Shown here piece by piece: positions 57,866-64,000 of a stretch of DNA of 64,000 nt. Position 1 is the first letter of the stretch, and every line of letters begins with the position of its first letter. Below the pieces are notes generated by a model, which did no database searches, was not told where the DNA came from, and saw nothing but the letters and a program-made list of their open reading frames with translations. The DNA is from Myxococcota bacterium (lineage in GTDB: Bacteria; Myxococcota; Kuafuiibacteriia; Kuafuiibacteriales; Kuafuiibacteriaceae). The DNA lies in assembly GCA_036337945.1 (NCBI GenBank), contig JAYZDF010000063.1, positions 26,560 through 90,559 of the forward strand. Direction: 5' to 3'. The translations under genes and the position numbers were made by a program.

Positions 57866-59032
57866 TTGATGTCTTCTGAATCGGTCAATAATAGTAGTGA
57901 TGTGTCTACAGATGGTAAGACACCAGCGCCGATTCAGCTCCATGTTCGAATCGAAGTCGATGGCAAACCTCCTCGCGATTACAACTATGATTTCCAACAG
58001 CGTGAAATTACTTTCGGCCGTGATCCCGACAACGATATTCAGGTTCCATTGACGACGGTGTCGCGTAATCATGCGCGGATTTTTTTTGAGCAAGGCGATT
58101 ATTTTCTCGAAGATCTCAATTCAACCCATGGCACTAAGCACAATGATTCTCGCCTGGGGAAACACGAAAAAAAGCTTCTACGTGACGGAGACGAAATAAG
58201 CATCATGTCTTTTTCTGTGAAGTTTCAAATGAATAGTGCGTACATGCTCGAGAGAAAACCTGGTGAGAAAACCGAGCATATGGCTCGCAGAATGGTGCAA
58301 GAGATAATCTCATCTGTTGCGGGGACCGAAGTCGAGCCTACCACGATCCGCATAATGAATGGGGTCAACGAAGGCACACGTTATGATTTCAAGGATAGTC
58401 AGACGGAAGTAGTTTTAGGCAGAAGTCCTGAATGTGACGTCATCATTGATGATCATAATGCGTCACGCCGACATTGCCTTATTAAGCGGACTTGGAATGG
58501 ATACACGGCTCAAGACCTCGGAAGTAAGAATGGTGTGCTGATCAATGGCGAGTCGATACAAGGTGTCCTTGACATAAAGGACAGCGATGAATTGCAAATA
58601 GGGGGAGTTAAGCTTCTTTTTATCGACCCTGCTTCAAGGTTACTCAACCAATTTGGTGGTCCTGCAGATAACACAGCGATGGAATCCCGCGTGACCGTAG
58701 GTCCGGGCGAAATGCCAAGTGAAGAAGAATCAATTGAAAGCTACGAAGAAGAGTATTCGTCCGAGGAGTATGAGTCGGAAGAGCATTCTGAAAGCTCTAT
58801 CGGCTATGATGAGGAATCGATCGGTGACCCTGAGCAGTCCTTTTCTGGGGAGGATTACTCAGAAAGTGAAGTAGACGATGAGCTTCAGGACGCAGAAAAC
58901 GAGCCAGAAGAGGGCGATCTCGAACTTCCGTCCGTAACAACTTCCAGCGCGAAAGGAGAGATAGCGATACTCCTTATTGGGCTTGGAATCTTTCTCGCAG
59001 CTGTCGCGGTGTTCGTTTTTCTGAAGATCTAA
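57866..59032 (+). CDS. tandem-FHA-domain protein with an acidic low-complexity tail and a C-terminal TM anchor
   Basis: FHA1 ITFGRDPDNDIQVPLTTVSRNHARIF...GSTHGT. FHA2 VVLGRSPECDVIIDDHNASRRHCLI...GSKNGVLING. C-terminal TM IAILLIGLGIFLAAVAVFVFL. Confidence 0.8.
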   Translation: MMSSESVNNSSDVSTDGKTPAPIQLHVRIEVDGKPPRDYNYDFQQREITFGRDPDNDIQVPLTTVSRNHARIFFEQGDYFLEDLNSTHGTKHNDSRLGKHEKKLLRDGDEISIMSFSVKFQMNSAYMLERKPGEKTEHMARRMVQEIISSVAGTEVEPTTIRIMNGVNEGTRYDFKDSQTEVVLGRSPECDVIIDDHNASRRHCLIKRTWNGYTAQDLGSKNGVLINGESIQGVLDIKDSDELQIGGVKLLFIDPASRLLNQFGGPADNTAMESRVTVGPGEMPSEEESIESYEEEYSSEEYESEEHSESSIGYDEESIGDPEQSFSGEDYSESEVDDELQDAENEPEEGDLELPSVTTSSAKGEIAILLIGLGIFLAAVAVFVFLKI

Positions 59033-59043
59033 CGTTGAGAACC

Positions 59044-60561
59044 TTACCGATATGTCAGGATTCGCACTCGCCCCGAATGACTAGGTAAGTGTTTATAGAA
59101 GAATAGAATGTCTGATGCATCTTTTGTATTTTTGTAGAGCTTTCGAACAGAACGAGTGGCTTTGACTTTAAAATTACGACTTGCGTTCGGGCGAAGTTTA
59201 CCAACAGCTTCTCCCTCAAGAATCTCAAAATCTTTATCTCCTTGGCCGATCCCAATATCTGCCTTTCGATCCTGATTTATGTCGACTCCGAAAACTGGAT
59301 AGGGTCCGTGCAAAGCCCCGCCAGTGCTGAAATCCAGGCCAAGCACGGAGGTGATTTCTAGTTCTGGATCCGTCTGAAAAACAGAGGATTTTTTCTGTGA
59401 CCGCTTACGAATTCGAAAATCCACTTTGAGTTCAGAGCTCAGGAGCACTCGAGATAGAGAAAAGAGGCTAGGCTTAGATAGCGGATGGATCATTTCCATC
59501 TCTCCATCGAGGTCGACGTCTTCGTATCGAACCAAGCTAGCAAATCCTTCGTCTGAAAATACTTGGTTGGGATTCTTCGAGAAACCGCCTCCTTTTTGTC
59601 CTAGATAAAGTCTGGTTTCTGTTCGCATATTCAGAACGCCTCCACTGATTTTTGTGGCAGAGATATCGGCAATTTGATCGCCATTCAAATCAAGAATTTG
59701 CAAATCGATTGTTGTATCTCTCGCTGCGTTTTCTTTTTGAGTACGTAATTTAAACCATCTTCGAACGCTTGGTGATTGCTCGAAGGTTCCATTGTTGAGT
59801 TGTTTGTTGACTGATATTCGGTCTTCGAAGTGACTGATGAGGTCTCGTTTACCGTCACCGTCGTAATCAATGAACCTTAGAAGAGGAATAATAGTTGTGG
59901 AACGAAAAGCGTATATCTTGCCTGAGCGGCCGCCTCGGGTCGAGCGCAAGTATGTATTTCTCTCTGCGTCATAAAAGTGCTCGGTTTCAAGTTTTATGTC
60001 CGAGTTAATTTTGTATAAAGCGCCTTTTCGCTCGTAAAGTTCGACGCCATCAACGAAGGGAACAATAATCCAAGTCTTATTTTCAAATTGTTTTACGAAG
60101 TCCCAATATATAAAGTCTTCTCTTTCGGATTTTCCCACGATATTGCGGGCTTTGAGTATTCGTATGGGTGAGCTTACTCGATTACGAAGCGCAACTTGAG
60201 CGTAAATACCTGAGGAGCGTAGATAGACAATTTCGGCTTTCTCATCGCCCATCACATCGGCAACAGTGAAAGCAACGGCGCTTTTTGGCGCTTGAAAGGC
60301 TTGTTGAGGATACTTAGCAAATGTACCGTTCTCTCTGAAAAATATTGCGAGGAATTTTTTTGAATCGACGCCGACGCCACGCTTGTAACTAAATACCAAG
60401 TCATTTTCTTCGTTTCCGTCAAGGTCACCCTCGGCTACCCACAATATTTCTCCAGGGACTTGTAAATCAGTTATCGCGTACTTTTTTGCTTGCGCATTTT
60501 GTTGGAAATGAACAGCCCACACGGTTATGAAAATCAGAGATGTTCTGAGGATATTCTTCAT
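59044..60561 (-). CDS. secreted FG-GAP/VCBS-like repeat protein
   Basis: Signal peptide; repeats GDLDGNEENDLVF, DYDGDGKRDLIS, DLNGDQIADIS, DVDLDGEMEMI, DINQDRKADIGIG. Confidence 0.55.
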   Translation of the reverse strand: MKNILRTSLIFITVWAVHFQQNAQAKKYAITDLQVPGEILWVAEGDLDGNEENDLVFSYKRGVGVDSKKFLAIFFRENGTFAKYPQQAFQAPKSAVAFTVADVMGDEKAEIVYLRSSGIYAQVALRNRVSSPIRILKARNIVGKSEREDFIYWDFVKQFENKTWIIVPFVDGVELYERKGALYKINSDIKLETEHFYDAERNTYLRSTRGGRSGKIYAFRSTTIIPLLRFIDYDGDGKRDLISHFEDRISVNKQLNNGTFEQSPSVRRWFKLRTQKENAARDTTIDLQILDLNGDQIADISATKISGGVLNMRTETRLYLGQKGGGFSKNPNQVFSDEGFASLVRYEDVDLDGEMEMIHPLSKPSLFSLSRVLLSSELKVDFRIRKRSQKKSSVFQTDPELEITSVLGLDFSTGGALHGPYPVFGVDINQDRKADIGIGQGDKDFEILEGEAVGKLRPNASRNFKVKATRSVRKLYKNTKDASDILFFYKHLPSHSGRVRILTYR

Positions 60562-61637
60562 GGTCGAACTTCTCGAAGAACGCGCAGCGCGTTTAGACCC
60601 AGGATTTTTTGGATACGTTCTGACGACCAGTTTCTATTTAGCATGTGCTGAACGAGACGAGGGTAGTGACTTCCGCACCTAAAATCTGATGGCGGTATGA
60701 TCATGCCGTCATAATCGCTTCCAATTGATGCGTAATCTTCTCCGACCACATTGATGACATGTTGCATATGCTCAACGACCATACTCCCGTCATTCAGCAT
60801 GTTTGAGGTCTTCAGAAAATTCACAGCGTATATTATTCCAATTGTTCCACCTGTATCCGCAATTGCCTTGAGTTGTTCATCGTCGAGATTGCGCCAGTGC
60901 TTTTTGACACCGCTTACTCCTGTATGTGTTGCCACAAGAGGCTGGGACTTGTCGTGATGTTCATGCGCGGTCCAAAAGCCTTCCGGGTTAATATGCGCAA
61001 GGTCCACTAAGATGCGTTTACGATTCATTTCTCGCACCAGTTCAACCCCGGATAAGCTTAGGCCTTTTCGTTTACCGATTAGCTTCAACGGGCTAGAGGT
61101 AATTCCATAGTTAGAGCTTGTGAGATGGACGAGCGTTATTCGAGTCACAACATCATTTGGAATTGAATCCAAACCTTCAGGAGCTCCCTCCACGGCATTG
61201 CCGCCCTGAATACTTACCAAGCATGCATGCGCGCCTCGTTTTCGGGCAGCCATGTATTCTGAGTAGTTTCTAACAATTTCAAATCGACCATCTGTCCCGT
61301 GAATAAGTTTGGTCATCTTTTCTAAGTTGGCCAAAAAGCAAGACCAACGGCTCTTTGCGCTTCGAAATGGATTGGTAGTAATTGACCACATTGCTCCAGT
61401 AAGCTCGCCTTCGATGATACGTGGGAAATCTAAATGACCAAGGTATAGGCCTCCGAATTTTCCTGGAACATGGTGTTTGTAGGGGTCGTAAGGAATGAGT
61501 CGGGGGACTAAATATCCTTCGATGTGTAAATCAATAATTTCGCTTTCGCGCGCGAGTTGTACAGCCTCAACTGAAATACCTTGCTTTTTGGCGAGTGCTT
61601 GATCGTCGAGCGGCTCAGGCGGAGTGAAGACAGACAC
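60558..61637 (-). CDS. membrane dipeptidase (peptidase family M19)
   Basis: IDLHIEGYL, VDLAHINPEGFWTAHE...VATHTG, TGGTIGIIY and IGSDYDG match M19 metal-binding segments. Confidence 0.7.
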   Translation of the reverse strand: MSVFTPPEPLDDQALAKKQGISVEAVQLARESEIIDLHIEGYLVPRLIPYDPYKHHVPGKFGGLYLGHLDFPRIIEGELTGAMWSITTNPFRSAKSRWSCFLANLEKMTKLIHGTDGRFEIVRNYSEYMAARKRGAHACLVSIQGGNAVEGAPEGLDSIPNDVVTRITLVHLTSSNYGITSSPLKLIGKRKGLSLSGVELVREMNRKRILVDLAHINPEGFWTAHEHHDKSQPLVATHTGVSGVKKHWRNLDDEQLKAIADTGGTIGIIYAVNFLKTSNMLNDGSMVVEHMQHVINVVGEDYASIGSDYDGMIIPPSDFRCGSHYPRLVQHMLNRNWSSERIQKILGLNALRVLREVRP

Positions 61638-61697
61638 TCTTGTACTTTTAGCACAAACGTTCCAGGATTTCTTAGTATATAAGAATGGTTCAAGAGA

Positions 61698-62543
61698 TTA
61701 GCGCTGGGGCGATATGGGCGCCTTATATAGACTTTCCAGAGTATAGGTTGGCTGTATAGAATCGTACTCGTCGGGTGCGCTCTTTGTTAGACCCGTAAGC
61801 ATGAGGACAGAGTCTATATTGGACTGCTGAGCACCCAAAATATCTGTGTGTATTTGGTCGCCGATCATCAGAGCTTGACGCGTGCCTACGTGTCGAAACG
61901 CAGATTCAAAAATCCACGTCTCGGGCTTCCCAAGTCGAGAAAATTTGAGAGAAGCATCAGGACCATACCTTTGAAGAAGTATGGCTTCGATCATCGTAGC
62001 GATACTTCCAGCGGTGATGCCGTAGCTGTCGGTTGTGCTTGGATAAATTAAGTCGGGATTTGGTAAAATCAAGTCCGGTGTTGTTCCCTGGTCAATCAGG
62101 CGAATAATTTGAGTGACGGCGAGGTCTACGGATTCTCGAAAACGGTATCCTGCTTCGTCTGCGATGATGAAGACATCGAACTCTCCATCTTTCACGTCCA
62201 CTACATTTGCTCCGGCAGATTTGGCAAAGTCAACCGAGGCCTTGGTGCCCATAATTTGAGTCTTCGCGCCTTGGAGCTCATGCTCTTTGAAGTAGTCGAC
62301 AATCAATGAGCCTGAACAGAGAATTTGGTCGGGATGAATCTTCATCTCCATACTCAAAAACCTTTGAGCAATTTCTTCATGAGAACGTGATGCATCATTC
62401 GTAACAATGAGAAAGTTTGTTTTTGCTGTCACGAGCTCTTCAACGAACGTCTTTGCGTTCGGAAGCGGGCCTTTTGCATCTACTAGTACTCCATAGGCAT
62501 CTATAAGGATGGCTTCGTACGAAGAAATGATATCTAAAATCAT
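61698..62543 (-). CDS. HAD-IIA subfamily hydrolase (NagD/UmpH-like sugar-phosphatase)
   Basis: LIDAYGVLVD motif I, NPD and GKP in the cap region, MIGDQIHTDILGA motif IV. Confidence 0.7.
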   Translation of the reverse strand: MILDIISSYEAILIDAYGVLVDAKGPLPNAKTFVEELVTAKTNFLIVTNDASRSHEEIAQRFLSMEMKIHPDQILCSGSLIVDYFKEHELQGAKTQIMGTKASVDFAKSAGANVVDVKDGEFDVFIIADEAGYRFRESVDLAVTQIIRLIDQGTTPDLILPNPDLIYPSTTDSYGITAGSIATMIEAILLQRYGPDASLKFSRLGKPETWIFESAFRHVGTRQALMIGDQIHTDILGAQQSNIDSVLMLTGLTKSAPDEYDSIQPTYTLESLYKAPISPQR

Positions 62544-62890
62544 CTGTCGATAGTCCTTTCTGTAAAACGAGAGAACCGAAAGCGTCGGGTGAGAACCTCT
62601 CGTGCGAGCTCAGAGTTAAATTCTGCGCAAGAAAAAATATCTACATGGAGTTGGCGTGATTGATGATGTGCGTGCAAGCTGATGTGGCTTTCGGCAATCA
62701 GAAGTAAACCAGCGGTTATGTTTTTCTCTGAGTAAACCTGAGGTTCACATACTGGAGTCATCTTCAGCGCTGATGGTAATTCATTCAAAGTATCCAAGAA
62801 AATACGTGTGTCTTGCAGGGTCTCTAAATCGCATTCGAATGCATCAAGGATCCAGTGTTGGCCGAGCGTAGTCATCATTGAGTGCGCCAA
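62540..62890 (-). CDS. speH: S-adenosylmethionine decarboxylase proenzyme (small SpeH type, pyruvoyl-dependent)
   Basis: 116-aa protein with LIAESHISLHAHH, the E-S self-cleavage site ESHIS[IL]HT. Confidence 0.65.
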   Translation of the reverse strand: MAHSMMTTLGQHWILDAFECDLETLQDTRIFLDTLNELPSALKMTPVCEPQVYSEKNITAGLLLIAESHISLHAHHQSRQLHVDIFSCAEFNSELAREVLTRRFRFSRFTERTIDR

Positions 62891-62908
62891 GACTGGCTGG
62901 TTTGTTGT

Positions 62909-64000
62909 CTAGAAGCAAATACCTTCGCTTGATCGATTTGTTGTGCCGTTAGGAATGAAGTTTCCAGCTGCTCCATCCCAATCTATTGTGCCGACATGCC
63001 AAAGATCATTGCAGATTATGCTTTGAGACACAGAACTCACCATCTGGCCCGCAATGAAGATGTCTACTGAAGCGGTGGAGGGCCCGGAAAATCTATCGTT
63101 GAAGTAGTGAACGTAGACCTCGTAACGTCCAGGAGCGGTCGATTGAAGATTGATCTCCTCTGGACCATTGCCATCAATGTCATCAACATCCAAAAACGGG
63201 TCATCAGTGTTGTCGTTCAAAATATTCCAATCGGGATTTTTATTCGCGTAGTAACAATCGTCCCCGGATACATCGAAAGGCGTTCCGCCTGGTCGAACAA
63301 GATGTAAGTCGATATCAGTCATAGCGGTATCCCATCGGAGGATTAGACTAATTGCTGTCGCTGTTGGTGGGGGAGGAACCACTTCTGCAGTGAGCGGGAT
63401 GTCAAGATTCGTCACGCCTGTTGAACCATTGTAGTTTAGCCTCAAGGTCCCGTTCACGACTCGAGGTGCACCGGCGGCCGTATAGGCGACTTCGAGCGCA
63501 ACAGAGCTCCCTGCGCTGATGTCAATGGTTGTGACCGGAGCAGTAAGGCTGAAATCTGGCCCTCCCGCTGTGATCTGACCTGAAACTAATCGAACGGGTC
63601 CGCCCATCGCAGTACAGCCAAGCATTTGTGTCCCGCTCATCCCTCGCTCTATGGGACCGAAGTTCACACTTGAAGGACTGCACGCAAGGCTTCCTTGGGG
63701 AATAAGGCCTTCTCCGGCCAGGCCTAGAGTAAGTTCAGGTCCGTTGGACGTTGGAAATCTAAATTGGTCTGGTCTGGGGCCTGCGGCTTTCGGAGCGAAG
63801 ACGATCTCTGCGGTTATTGAGCCCTGGGCAGGAACTTCGAGTGGAAATACAGCATTAGAAAAGTACTCATCTCCTGCAGCCACGGGCATTCCAGTGCTTG
63901 CTGAGATTGGATTTTCGATAATCCCAGGAGCAAGGCCCGTATTCGTGAATGTGACTTGCCCAATCTCGGAGGAGCCGATGGCAACGACGCCATAGTCTAA
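62909..64000 (-). CDS. 3' part of a large secreted protein (the frame stays open to the window edge): choice-of-anchor-D/ASH-like repeats plus a C-terminal PPC (pre-peptidase C-terminal)-like domain
   Basis: The reading frame continues past the track ORF start to position 64000. Edge sequence DYGVVAIGSSEIGQVTFTNTGLAPGII is repeat-like. C-terminus DIDLHLVRPGG...APGRYEVYVHYF is PPC-like. Confidence 0.55.
   Translation of the reverse strand, partial: LDYGVVAIGSSEIGQVTFTNTGLAPGIIENPISASTGMPVAAGDEYFSNAVFPLEVPAQGSITAEIVFAPKAAGPRPDQFRFPTSNGPELTLGLAGEGLIPQGSLACSPSSVNFGPIERGMSGTQMLGCTAMGGPVRLVSGQITAGGPDFSLTAPVTTIDISAGSSVALEVAYTAAGAPRVVNGTLRLNYNGSTGVTNLDIPLTAEVVPPPPTATAISLILRWDTAMTDIDLHLVRPGGTPFDVSGDDCYYANKNPDWNILNDNTDDPFLDVDDIDGNGPEEINLQSTAPGRYEVYVHYFNDRFSGPSTASVDIFIAGQMVSSVSQSIICNDLWHVGTIDWDGAAGNFIPNGTTNRSSEGICF

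Noticed and set aside
1-64000. CRISPR arrays, rRNA, tRNA, transposases or integrases
   Set aside because: No regularly spaced direct repeats, no rRNA-like or tRNA-like structures in any intergenic spacer, and no transposase or integrase-like ORFs were seen.

Overview
Bacterial chromosomal window, about 50% GC, densely packed with about 58 protein-coding genes. I could support no rRNA, tRNA, CRISPR array, transposase or integrase. Gene content points to a Gram-negative envelope-rich lineage (deltaproteobacteria-like: Myxococcota or Bdellovibrionota style), but this is inference only. Supporting features are many lipoproteins with FGC/FAC-type lipoboxes, TPR and FHA proteins, a type IVa pilin with a sigma-54-like promoter, an AgmX/PglI-like TonB-C domain lipoprotein, a Planctomycete-type PSCyt/PSD1 plus DUF1501 set, and giant FG-GAP and choice-of-anchor-D adhesins. 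Secure housekeeping calls are clpS-clpA, map, lnt, lhgO, a WecA/MraY-family transferase with GT1 glycosyltransferases, a MoxR-DUF58 module, an M23 peptidase, an M19 dipeptidase, speH-type AdoMetDC, Fur, and an ABC1/UbiB kinase. The most interesting region is a 13 kb co-directional minus-strand array (1892..15149). In order of transcription it carries a giant FG-GAP lipoprotein, a secreted membrane protein, a type IV pilin, a 70-aa mini-protein that is only signal peptide plus Gly-rich linker plus a PEP-CTERM-like sorting signal, a DUF4339-TPR-CPBP intramembrane protease, a 7-bladed propeller lipoprotein, lnt, and an exosortase-family protein. I interpret this as a candidate compact surface-protein sorting and maturation module. 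Other notable points are a fission of the Planctomycete PSCyt1 | PSCyt2-PSD1 architecture into two separately secreted proteins beside DUF1501, an ATP-grasp and FGase-family pair, a MoxR-DUF58 operon interrupted by an antisense orphan gene, and a possible split glycosyltransferase. All calls come from reading the translations and DNA by eye; no database search was run.
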